Source: an uncultured Bacteroidota bacterium
GTDB taxonomy: Bacteria; Bacteroidota; Ignavibacteria; Kryptoniales; JAKASW01
Direction: 5' to 3'
Assembly (NCBI GenBank): GCA_963714955.1
Contig: CAVQQJ010000007.1
Span: forward strand, 37,917-101,916
DNA length: 64,000 bases
Shown: positions 29,125 to 38,902 of the stretch, one piece after another
Numbering within the stretch: the stretch's first letter is position 1
Layout: each line of letters starts with the position of its first letter
Notes under the pieces: model-generated
Told to the model about the DNA's origin: nothing
The model's input: only the letters and a program-made list of their open reading frames with translations
Databases searched by the model: none
Translations under genes and position numbers: made by a program

Positions 29125-30369
29125 TTACGAACCAGCAGGAGAATCTACCTTGCCGATAAACAGGATCGTTCCGGATTGATGTTCACGAATAGCAAAAATA
29201 AAGGGACGATCGATACGCATCTGCGGAATTTCTACAAACACGGTCGCAACGACTGTAATCACTGTGACAGCTGCAGCTTCGGTCCCTTCTTCGTTGACAT
29301 CCACGTACGTTTTGTGCAAAACGTCGGATACATTTAAGCCCCCCTCTTGACTTATATGGCTTAAGTCCGCCCTCCTCGCGTCAAACACTATCCCCATCCC
29401 AAGCGCCGTCAGGTCATCCCTTAATGATCTGGAATAATTCAGCGTGAATTTCGGCAGGTATAAATCGACTTTCGCTGAATCTAATTTGCTGATGATTGCA
29501 TTCCATTGTATTTGCGTTAATCCCGATGCAAATTGGTCGATCGAGGTTCCGGACGCGGGCAATATAACCGTCATGCTGAATGACTTATCGCCATACGGCA
29601 GATCTATCGCCTGCAGAGAATTATCGCCATAATACGCAAACGTGTTCTCCTGGCTCATTAAATTGCATTGTGTAATGCTTCCATCAGAACAAGTGAATGG
29701 CGCTTGCCTGGATTTCGAGGTATCAAACGTGTACGTCCATGCCCCTTTGAAATAAATGGCGTTGATCAGATACATCACGACACTTGGGGGTATAGTGCCG
29801 CCGATGATCGTCGGGATTTTGCCGTTTGTTTTCGTGTCGACCCAATTGTTGATGGTCTGTGCCGCGCTGGGCTGAGTAAAATCCAGTCCGTCCACGTCTG
29901 CATCAAAATACGTCTTATTCACGCTTAAGAAAGCCGGCAGGACCGGGAATCCGTTTCTATACCAGATGGAATTGGCATTCTGGAATATGACTTGAGCGTC
30001 AAGAGCCACTAAATAGGAGGAGATATTCTTATACGAAGTGTTGATGTCACTTAGTGACATCCCCGCATTGCCAAGCGTTTTCTCCAATGAATCAAGCGTC
30101 GGACCATTAGCACCATTGAGCAGCATGCCGAAGGCCATTGAAACGCTGAAGGGGGAGATGAAGACGTTCTTGTTCTGCTGACTTCCGTTGATTGTGGCAA
30201 AGAGCTTGAAGCCGAATGAATTGTCCGATGAAGAAACAGCTTTTTCCATTGTGCTCAGTTGACCCACAATTGGCTGACCTTCCGACGGTCCGGTAGTATT
30301 TGTGCGACAACCGAATAAAACAACTGTGAAGATAATGCAAACAAGAGCGAAGAATATTGTCCTATTCAT
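29125..30369 (-). CDS. Serpin-family serine protease inhibitor, lipoprotein
   Basis: 414 aa. Lipobox VLFGC. Serpin motifs SPFSVSMAFGML and NAIYFKGAWTYTFD. Inhibitory-type hinge EEGTEAAAVTVI, then DRPFIFAI. Confidence 0.88.
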   Translation of the reverse strand: MNRTIFFALVCIIFTVVLFGCRTNTTGPSEGQPIVGQLSTMEKAVSSSDNSFGFKLFATINGSQQNKNVFISPFSVSMAFGMLLNGANGPTLDSLEKTLGNAGMSLSDINTSYKNISSYLVALDAQVIFQNANSIWYRNGFPVLPAFLSVNKTYFDADVDGLDFTQPSAAQTINNWVDTKTNGKIPTIIGGTIPPSVVMYLINAIYFKGAWTYTFDTSKSRQAPFTCSDGSITQCNLMSQENTFAYYGDNSLQAIDLPYGDKSFSMTVILPASGTSIDQFASGLTQIQWNAIISKLDSAKVDLYLPKFTLNYSRSLRDDLTALGMGIVFDARRADLSHISQEGGLNVSDVLHKTYVDVNEEGTEAAAVTVITVVATVFVEIPQMRIDRPFIFAIREHQSGTILFIGKVDSPAGS

Positions 30370-30486
30370 ACTGGACTCCTTTCTTTTAAAGCGAAAGCAA
30401 AGATATTTTTTTTACTTCAATTGCATGGCACCACGATCATTGCTTGTTATAGCGGACACACGTTTTAGAATCGTTGACCGATTGCC

Positions 30487-32577
30487 TTACTTGATTACCA
30501 TTAATTTCTTCGTTTCAACAAAACTTCCAGCACTAAGCCTGTAGAAATAAACACCGCTCGACAAGTTGCTCGCATTGAAAGTCACCGAGTGTGTGCCCGC
30601 AGTCTGACGGTCATCGACTAATGTTCTCACAAGCCGTCCCAGTGCATCATAGACTTTTAAGGTGACGAGGGTGCTCACCGGTAATTGATAACTGATCACG
30701 GCCGAGGGGTTGAAGGGGTTTGGGAAATTCTGATCAAGCTCGAACCTCATCAGAAGACCGACCTCTTTGGTTTTGACAGAGGTCGCCATCTCGGACAATG
30801 GCCGTTTCCAGACTCCTCCGTCCCGTGTTCCGGCAAACAGGCTACTGTCGTTGAGAGCAATGGCCGTTACACGAAGATCTGCAAGACCGGAATTAACGGG
30901 AACCCAACTGATTCCGTCATCGGCTGAATGAAAGACCCCGCCGCCAATTGTGCCTGCAAAGATATCGTTGCTGTTTACGGCAAGCGTCTGAACATAAAAG
31001 GATGATAATCCAGAATCAGCTCTCATCCAGCTTGAGCCTCTATTGATTGAGCGGTATATATCCTCGTACGTGGCGGCGAAAAGCGTGTTGCTGTTGGCTC
31101 CGAGCGCATTGACCTCGGGATAATCAGTCAGCCCGGAGTTGAAGGCTGTCCAACTGGAGCCGTTGTTCGTAGAAAGAAAGACACCGCCTGTATATGTCGC
31201 TGCAAAGAGATCGCTGTCGACGACGGCGAGAGCCAGAACAACCGTCTCAGTCAAACCTAAGTTAACTGCCGACCAGCTGCTGCCGTTATTTGTGGACAGA
31301 AAAACGCCGCCGGCTGTGCCTGCGAAAAGATTATTGCCGATTAAAGCAAGCGCATAAACATCCGGATTCGTCAATCCAGAATCTACTGAACTCCAGTTCC
31401 TGCCGTTGTTGGTTGAAAGAAAAATGCCGCCGCCAAACTCGCCCGCAAAGAGATTGTTGCCGCTGACCAAGAGAGTCTGAACAGAATAAATGTTGTCTGT
31501 TAAGCCGGTATCAGCAGCGTTCCAATTCTCGCCGCTATTTGAAGAATAGAATACTCCGGCGTCCTGTGTGCTCGCAAAAAGGTTGCTCCCCATAACTGCA
31601 AGCGCTGAAATATTTGTGAAAGCCAAACCGAAATTAACAGACGTCCAAAGCGCCCCGCTGTTTGTGGAAAGAAATACGCCGTCACCGAGAGTGCCGGCGA
31701 ACAGATCGGTGTCTCTAAGAACGAGAGCATTTACATGTCTCGAGCCGAGGCCAGAATCTATTGCCGACCAGCTGATCCCGTTGTTTGTTGATAGAAAAAT
31801 GCCTCCACCGGTGCCCGCAAACAGATCGCTTCCGTTAACGGCAAAACTGGTAACGCCGTAGTCGGCCAAACCGGAGTCAACGGCTGACCAACTGGTTCCG
31901 TTGTTGGTGGATCGAAAAATACCGTTGCCGAGAGTCCCCATATACAGATTGGTATCGCTGACAGTCAATGCTCGGACGTTAGCGTACGTTAAGCCTGAAT
32001 TGACGGGCGTCCAACTATCGCCATTGTTGGTTGAGAGAAAAACGCCGTCGCCGCCTGTGCCCGCAAATAAGTTGCTGCCGTTGACCGCAAAAGCATGAAC
32101 ATCGGTATTGATCGTGAATCCGGAATTTACGAGAGTCCAATTTGTACCGTTATCGCTCGAACGGAAAACACCGCTGTAGGTTCCGGCAAAAAGATATCCG
32201 CCGCTGACAGCAAAAGCCTGAACATTAGGATTAGTCAATCCGGTTGTTGCAGGTGTCCAGTTCTCACCATTGTTTGTAGAAAGAAAGATGCCGCCAATGT
32301 ATGTTGCCGCAAAGAGGTTTTCCCCCTTGACGGCCAGCGCATTAATGATAGGGTTTGTTAAGCCAGAATTGGCGGATGTCCAGCTTGCGCCATTATCCGT
32401 CGAACGATAGACTCCATTCGTTAGCGTTCCAGCAAAGAGATAGCTGCCGTTCATTGCGATGCATTGGATCATACCATCTCCTGAGGGCCCAGTTGTTTGG
32501 ATCCACTGCGCGTGCGTTTTGGATAATGGCACTATAGCAACGGTCAGAAGGAGAAGAACCTTGATCTTAAGTCTCAT
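30487..32577 (-). CDS. Secreted Asp-box/BNR-repeat beta-propeller protein with a T9SS C-terminal sorting domain
   Basis: 696 aa. Signal peptide. About 13 units (GGIFLSTNNGxxW). C-terminal domain NFPNPFNPSAVISYQL...SGVYFYRLSAGSFVETKKLMVIK. Confidence 0.85.
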   Translation of the reverse strand: MRLKIKVLLLLTVAIVPLSKTHAQWIQTTGPSGDGMIQCIAMNGSYLFAGTLTNGVYRSTDNGASWTSANSGLTNPIINALAVKGENLFAATYIGGIFLSTNNGENWTPATTGLTNPNVQAFAVSGGYLFAGTYSGVFRSSDNGTNWTLVNSGFTINTDVHAFAVNGSNLFAGTGGDGVFLSTNNGDSWTPVNSGLTYANVRALTVSDTNLYMGTLGNGIFRSTNNGTSWSAVDSGLADYGVTSFAVNGSDLFAGTGGGIFLSTNNGISWSAIDSGLGSRHVNALVLRDTDLFAGTLGDGVFLSTNSGALWTSVNFGLAFTNISALAVMGSNLFASTQDAGVFYSSNSGENWNAADTGLTDNIYSVQTLLVSGNNLFAGEFGGGIFLSTNNGRNWSSVDSGLTNPDVYALALIGNNLFAGTAGGVFLSTNNGSSWSAVNLGLTETVVLALAVVDSDLFAATYTGGVFLSTNNGSSWTAFNSGLTDYPEVNALGANSNTLFAATYEDIYRSINRGSSWMRADSGLSSFYVQTLAVNSNDIFAGTIGGGVFHSADDGISWVPVNSGLADLRVTAIALNDSSLFAGTRDGGVWKRPLSEMATSVKTKEVGLLMRFELDQNFPNPFNPSAVISYQLPVSTLVTLKVYDALGRLVRTLVDDRQTAGTHSVTFNASNLSSGVYFYRLSAGSFVETKKLMVIK

Positions 32578-32644
32578 AGTATTTCCGCAAACAAGATTGA
32601 AAGAAGTGTTACGAAAATTCTCAAAAACCGTGCAACCAGCTCGA

Positions 32645-34804
32645 TTATTTCAGCAGCAAAAGTTTTTTCGTCTCGCTGTATGTTCCCGCTTGTAAGCGAT
32701 AAAAATATACCCCGCTTGCCATAGTCGCCGCATTCCATTGCTGGGTGTAGCTTCCCGGCTCCAGTTCTCCGGAAACAATAGTCGATACCTCTCTTCCCAA
32801 TATGTCAAATACTTTTAACGATACGATCGACCGGACTGGAATAGCGAATGAGATGATTGTCGACGGGTTAAACGGGTTTGGATAGTTCTGCATTAATAAA
32901 AATGCTTTTGGAATAGTGATCGAGTGTTCATTGACGGACGTCGTTGACTCTGTCGTCTTGAATACACCTCCACCATACGTGGCTGCATATGCGTAACCAT
33001 CGCGGTCAAAAACGATCGACCGTACATCTGAATATGTTAGTCCTTGATTTAGTGAAACCCAAGTGATTCCACTATCTGGTGAAAAGAATATTCCATCTTT
33101 TGATCCTATGAAGATCTTCTTGGTCGAATTGACAGATATGGATTGGATTGATTTGGCCAAGAGACCCGTGTTCGATGCAAACCAGTTAGCTCCCGAATCG
33201 GTTGAACAATATATTCCACTGTTATCTGTGCCCGCAAACAACTTATTCTCCGAACAAGAGATAGAAATTACCGCATCATTTGGTAGGCCTTTACTGCAAG
33301 CCGACCAACTCTTACCATTATTTTGCGAACAATAAACTCCAGACCCTGTAGCTGCATATTGATTACCAGATGCTCCGAAGCCTAATGCAAATACTTTCGA
33401 AGTAAGTCCGCTGTTAGCTAATTGCCAACTCGAGCCGCCGTCCGACGATTTGAATAAGCCGCTCTGTGTGGAGGTGAACATGGTACCTGTAGAGTCCATT
33501 GCCATTGCTATCACATTCGAATCAGCTAGACCCGTATTTGATCGATACCATTGGTCACCGTTGTCGGCAGAACGATATATACCTGCAGCACCCATGGTTC
33601 CCGCAAATTCAACGTTCGCCCTATTAACTACAACGGCGGTCACGTTCATTACACCAATGCCATTGTTAATAGACACCCAGTCTTGCCCTTGATCGGTTGA
33701 ACGATAAATACCTCCCTCTGCAGTACCTGCAAACAAATCACCGTTGAGATTTGTCGCTATAGACTGAACATCACTTCTCGATAGGCCTTCATTGCTCACG
33801 TTCCAATTGTCTCCTTTGTTAGTAGATTTGAATACTCCCGAACCCCCCGTGCCAACATATATGTTGTCATTGGAGTCTGCAGCGATGCACTCAATCCACC
33901 ATTCAGTAAGACCATTATTAACTTCTGTCCAAGTAGAGCCATTGTCCGTTGAACGCTCTATCCCAGCCACTTCTGCATAGCTTCCCGCGAACATGTTACC
34001 ATCCTCAGTCATCAGAAAGCAGCTGAAATCGCCTCCACCTCCAACCGGACTCGACGGGGTGGTCATAGTCATCAATTTCCAGTGATCTCCGTCGTCTGAT
34101 GAGCGGTAGACCGAAAAATTTACAATAGAGAAGAGATCGCCATTTCTGGCAACATAGATCGGGCCTCCGTAAAGCATCTGCGCGCCAACTGATGGCGTTT
34201 GAATTCCGTTACTTGTACTGCTCCAAGTTTGTCCGTCGGTCGTAGATCTGAATATCGCATTCCGCTGCGTCATGACGAAAACATCCCCGTCGGGCTTCGA
34301 AGCAAGAGAGATAATTCCAAAGAGTGCGGGAATGCTGTCACTTGTGATCCATGTCATTCCCCTATCGGTGGATCGGTAACATAATGGATAATAAAGGTCC
34401 CCAACCACTACAGTTCCTTTTGCAGTTATGGTTACACATGACATTGGATTGCTGAACAGGAGTTTCCAGTTGATACCATCATCCGAGGAAGAATACAATC
34501 CCGTGGGAGAACAAAGGTAAACATATCCCGAATCGTCACATGCGACAGAATTCAGTGCCGATGTGGCATCTAGCCCAGTATGTAAAGCCGTCCATGTTAA
34601 CCCCTCATCGGTAGAACGAAATAATCCCACACCTCTTGAGATTGCAAACAAATGTCCGTTTATGCTTGCAGTGATTGCTGTTATATCGCCTCCTGATGGC
34701 CCTATTAGACCGCTTGTCTTCTGCCATTGGGCGTTAAGTACCCGAAAAATGAAAATGTCGAGCGACAATACAACAATTAATCCAAAAACGCTTCTTACAT
34801 TCAT
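32645..34804 (-). CDS. Secreted sortilin/BNR-like beta-propeller protein with a T9SS C-terminal sorting domain
   Basis: 719 aa. Signal peptide. Repeats (RSTDxGxxW). C-terminal domain NYPNPFNPSTIISF...SGVYFYRLQAGTYSETKKLLLLK. Confidence 0.85.
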   Translation of the reverse strand: MNVRSVFGLIVVLSLDIFIFRVLNAQWQKTSGLIGPSGGDITAITASINGHLFAISRGVGLFRSTDEGLTWTALHTGLDATSALNSVACDDSGYVYLCSPTGLYSSSDDGINWKLLFSNPMSCVTITAKGTVVVGDLYYPLCYRSTDRGMTWITSDSIPALFGIISLASKPDGDVFVMTQRNAIFRSTTDGQTWSSTSNGIQTPSVGAQMLYGGPIYVARNGDLFSIVNFSVYRSSDDGDHWKLMTMTTPSSPVGGGGDFSCFLMTEDGNMFAGSYAEVAGIERSTDNGSTWTEVNNGLTEWWIECIAADSNDNIYVGTGGSGVFKSTNKGDNWNVSNEGLSRSDVQSIATNLNGDLFAGTAEGGIYRSTDQGQDWVSINNGIGVMNVTAVVVNRANVEFAGTMGAAGIYRSADNGDQWYRSNTGLADSNVIAMAMDSTGTMFTSTQSGLFKSSDGGSSWQLANSGLTSKVFALGFGASGNQYAATGSGVYCSQNNGKSWSACSKGLPNDAVISISCSENKLFAGTDNSGIYCSTDSGANWFASNTGLLAKSIQSISVNSTKKIFIGSKDGIFFSPDSGITWVSLNQGLTYSDVRSIVFDRDGYAYAATYGGGVFKTTESTTSVNEHSITIPKAFLLMQNYPNPFNPSTIISFAIPVRSIVSLKVFDILGREVSTIVSGELEPGSYTQQWNAATMASGVYFYRLQAGTYSETKKLLLLK

Positions 34805-34873
34805 GACTATGTCCTTATTTCGAATGGTCTAAAACAATAGTAGGTACTTTCTATAATTACGAAATGCGTCGCG

Positions 34874-34918
34874 ACCTAACGAACCGGAGCCAGCAGCGGC
34901 ACTTGATTCATCGACAGT
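34874..34918 (-). repeat. attC-like intergenic repeat (short copy)
   Basis: ACCTAACGAACCGGAGCCAGCAGCGGCACTTG. Confidence 0.45.
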
Positions 34919-34920
34919 TA

Positions 34921-37118
34921 TTACTTCAACAACATCAACTTCTTGGTCTGGACAAAATTTCCGGCCGTCAGCCTGTAGAAATATACTCCGCTCGCCAAGC
35001 TCGAACCATCGAACGTCACACGATACGATCCCGGCTGTTTCTGGTTATTGACAAGTGTGGCGATCTCTCTGCCGAGAATGTCATAGACTTTCAATGTCAC
35101 CATCCCTGCCTTCGTAAGATCGTAAGAGATTGTTGTGGACGGATTGAACGGGTTCGGGTAGTTCTGACCGAGTTCCGATCGTTCGGGTACCGTCGGCCGC
35201 CTGAACGATGAAGAAACCTCCGTGAGGCTGCTTCTGTAAAACCTGGCGCCGGAAGTCGCAAGAATCTCCATCTCATCGAGCAAAATGCAGCGCACCGGAT
35301 AGGGAAGCGTTGCTATGAGAGTCCATTGTTCGCCCCCGTCGGTAGATCGGTAGATAGAGCCCCTCGTAGATCCTGCAAAGAGAATCCCTTTATTGTTGAC
35401 CGTTGCCGAGATCAGAGATGTGTCGGTGATGCCGGATTTTGTTTGAGTCCATGTGAGGCCGGTATCGTTCGACCGGTACACACCGCGTGAGCCGAACGAG
35501 AAAATGAGTGTGTCGCTGATCTTCGCGACGGCGGCGACGTTCTGATCGACTCGTCCACGGTTAGTCCACGAAATGTCGTCCACGGTTGCTTGGGAGATTC
35601 TGCCGTCCAGTGTGAAGCCCAACATACCACTTAGGATTTGTGGATAAATTCTATGCGGCGCCGTGTGACAGAACGCTATGTAATTCCCATCCGTAATCCA
35701 CGTGGGAATCCATTCGGGGAACGTCGCATAGATGGGATTCCAAAAAATACCCTCATCCGCCCCGACCAAGAGATCTCTCCAGACATTGAACTGCGTTGAG
35801 TCTGTCGTGAATGGCTGGATGTGGTAGTAAACCTCAAGACAATTGAACCGCCGACCGGACGACATCCCTAACTGATCCGGGATCTTCGTCCATGAAACAC
35901 CGCTTTGAGAAGTATAAGCGCCGTTCTCTGCCGTGGCGGCATAGTAAGACCCCATCGTATCTTGAATGATCTGAGTGATAAGAGGAAGCGTCAGCGAAGT
36001 CTGGGTCCATGTTCTTCCTTTGTCTACAGATCGGAAGATCCCCGCGCTGTCTGTTCCGACAAGCAAAGCGCCGTTCTTGTCGATCAACCCGCAGGAAATA
36101 TCATATCCACCGGGCAGGGAGTTCGTGAAATTCGAAGTGTCAAGAGGAGTAACCATGCCGCTGTTCAGAACTGTCCATGATAGCCCCCTGTTTGTGGTTT
36201 CGTAGACTCCGCCCCATGCCCCGGCATAGACAGTATCTTTTCGGAGAGCTACAATGGTCCTGATACCATAGCCATTGTGGGCAATCCCGGCCGGTCCGAT
36301 GGAAGCCGTATCTCCCGACGCGCTGATGCTGGATAGTCCGCCGATACTCCCCGTAAATATTGTCCCCGCAGAATCGACCGCCATGACATCGATCGGATTC
36401 ATGAGCTTGGCGAGAAACGTCCAATTCGCGCCCCCGTTTGTCGAGCGGAATATTTCGTATGCGTAAGCGCCAAGACCTTCGTAGACGCCGGCATACATTG
36501 TTCCGTCCGAGCTCACCGTCAACGCAAGGACCAAATGGAATCATGCCCTCCCCAATTGCATTCCTCCCAATCGGCGCCGGCATTTGTCGATCGGAGCATA
36601 TGATCCTTCGAAGCCGCAACCATCGTAGCGCTGTCCACCATCGCAAGCTCTAACACATCTGTTCCGGGAAACGGATTGGATCCATAAGTTGACCAGTTCT
36701 TACCGTCGTCGATTGATCGATAGATCCCGCCCCCGAAGGCAGGTGCGTACAGCGATCCATCCCTCAACGCAATGATCGAAGAGGGAGTAAACGTAAGGCT
36801 CACACTATCGAGCAAGGTTCCGTTGGCGGAAAGGCGAAAGAGATACCTACCGTAGGACTGACCAAATGCGAAAGTGAGGATGGTCCCGGGCCGGGAGATG
36901 GCCATTGTCGTAACGCCGTACTTCATAGGAGTCTGGCGCCATGTTGCACCCCTATCGGTCGAAGTATAGATTCCGCTGCCATTTGCTGAAGTGCCGGCAT
37001 ACATGATCCCGCTGGAATCAATTGCCAGCGACGTTACCCAATCCTGAAAATTAGGAACCGTTTGAGAATAGACGTTCGCGACGCAGGCCGCGCAGATAAT
37101 GAACATGACTCTTTTCAT
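34921..37118 (-). pseudogene. BNR-like beta-propeller T9SS protein split by a frameshift near 36525-36535
   Basis: ORF 36519-37139 carries the signal peptide (MKRVMFIICAACVANVYSQ, ATG at 37118) and the first blades. It stops at ...HDSIWSLR. The next frame continues LVLALTVSSDGTMYAG through to a T9SS C-terminal domain (NYPNPFNPSTTISYDL...SGVYFYRLTAGNFVQTKKLMLLK). Confidence 0.75.
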
Positions 37119-37161
37119 GATGATTTCTCCTCCTAGCAAGGATTCCCGTCCTTTTGAGCTG

Positions 37162-37185
37162 GCCTAACGAATTGCGGCAGGCCTG
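37162..37185 (-). repeat. attC-like core (minimal copy) upstream of the first array gene
   Basis: GCCTAACGAATTGCGGCAGGCC. Confidence 0.4.
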
Positions 37186-37702
37186 TTTCCACAAAACCCT
37201 CCCAAAAACGCAAAAACCTCTTTCATCGCAAAGCGCGAATCCGGAGGTTATAGGTTTGTTATTTTCCTTCCGCCCGTTCCCCCGGGATAACTAACGCGAG
37301 AATGTACCTGTAATCGACAAAAGAGTCAAGGCAAGGATGCGCAAAAAGATATTATCGTATCGGACTCTTCAGCGCCTAAACTAAAATCATTTCTGTCTCC
37401 TTGGAAAAATTGAATTTAGCACCGATACAACTCCCGTTAAAATTACGATTATGATTTCGACCGTTCGTTTCTTCATATGTGAATCCTCTGTATCTGATTT
37501 GTGAGTGGTGACGTAATGCGATCTTCAAGTTCTTATGCCTTATTAAAACCGCCTCGTTTTCTGTGATAAGAAAGAATGGATGAACTCCGTACTTACTATC
37601 CACAATAGGAGGCACGATGACACAGGCACTTTATGAGAATCTATGGCACTACACAGAACAGACACAATTGTTTCCACAGCCTTATAACGCCTGGGAGTGA
37701 CG

Positions 37703-38496
37703 ATGCCGAAAATCCGTATACTGCTCGTAGAAAATAACCGTATCCTAAGGGATGGAATCGCTGCTCTGATCAACAAGGAGAAAGATTTCACTGTTACGGC
37801 AGTGTCCGGGCGGGCGTAACGTAGCAGCCATGACACGTAAGGTGAAACCGTAAGTTGTGCTGCTGGATCTCGGCTTAGTAAGTCAAAACATCTTGGAAAT
37901 ATTCGAAAAATTGAAGAATGAATTTCACGGCATCAAAGTTATCGGAATGGGCCTTGCTCCCTCACAGACGGACATTGTGGAATGTGTGCAAGCGGGGGCG
38001 GATGGTTTCATCCTGAAGGACGCAAAGGTAGAGGATGTGATCTATACGATTCGAGCAGTAGCTGCAGGGAAGACGGTGCTTCCCACTCCGATGACCGGGT
38101 CGCTTTTCTTTCAAATCGATGAACAGGCTCTCTTGAAAAGGGAAAAGAAATCTCAAGAGGCTTATTCGGATGACGGATCGAGAGAAGGAAATTGTTGCAT
38201 TGATTGTTGACGGTATGAGCAACAAGCAAATTGCGAGCAATCTCAACATTGCAACTATTACAGTCAAAAGTCATGTGCATAACATCCTGGAAAAATTGGC
38301 ATTGCATAGCCGCCTTCAGATCGCGAACTTCTCGCGAGACGAAGAGACGTCCAAACGCCATTCCGACCAACCTTCCCAAAAGTACACAGCTGACTCTATC
38401 CCGAGCAACGCAGTCCCGTTTCATTTAACTTTTCGATTCGACCTAAGTTCCCAACCCACCTCTCGCCATCGTATCTCGTCCTTGAAAAAGGATTAG
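37703..38496 (+). pseudogene. NarL/FixJ-type response regulator (receiver plus LuxR HTH) with two frameshifts and one in-frame stop
   Basis: MPKIRILLVENNRILRDGIAALI... stops at 37817. The frame shifts near 37808-37815. An in-frame TAA at 37851-37853 occupies the codon before VVLLDLG. A second shift near 38160-38172 precedes MTDREKEIVALIVDGMSNKQIASNLNIATITVKSHVHNILEKL. Confidence 0.8.
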
Positions 38497-38522
38497 CTAT
38501 TTATTCATCCTTTCGGGCTATT
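38484..38522 (+). repeat. Conserved 39-nt hairpin motif, copy 1
   Basis: GAAAAAGGATTAGCTATTTATTCATCCTTTCGGGCTATT. Stem AAAGGAT/ATCCTTT. Confidence 0.7.
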
Positions 38523-38902
38523 CCAGGTAAAATAAAGTATTAACATATTAATACGTTTAATAAAAAAGAGCACACTGCCCAACGAAGGATAGGTATGATC
38601 GTTTTTGATCCGTGATTCCTGTCTTCCGTCTGTATTGTTCAGTGAAGGCTCAACCCACGGACCAGCGTGAATGAAAGTGAAAAAGAGACCCTTGCCAAAG
38701 AAGAAGGAGAGGGTGAATTTTACATGAAATCCGGAAGTGACCTTTGCACAATTCATATGTGTGAACTTCGCAGCGGCGTCGGTGATGTTATTGGTTTCTA
38801 AAATATTTGTCCACCCCTGTTGGCAGAACATATTTCCTTCATACTGATTGAAAACTAAACGCTTAGAGCCCTTTTACCGAATACTTCTCCACCTTCATTC
38901 TG

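Noticed and set aside
24770-30440. Recurring TGGTGCC(A/G)TT motif (near 24782, 28008 and 30428) as a possible sigma-54 promoter
   Set aside because: The GG-to-GC spacing is about 7 nt rather than the required 10, and the motif's position relative to genes is inconsistent.
22728-33980. Plus-strand ORFs inside the T9SS genes (for example 22771-23172, 24118-24453, 27983-28456, 31139-31357, 31568-31861, 33063-33335)
   Set aside because: They are mirror-frame artefacts of the repetitive Asp-box coding sequence. Their periodic VERKTPPP-type translations simply follow the sense-strand repeats.
38505-38831. 108-aa minus-strand ORF with some beta-strand-like sequence
   Set aside because: There is no signal peptide, no recognisable family and no start context, so support is insufficient to call a gene.
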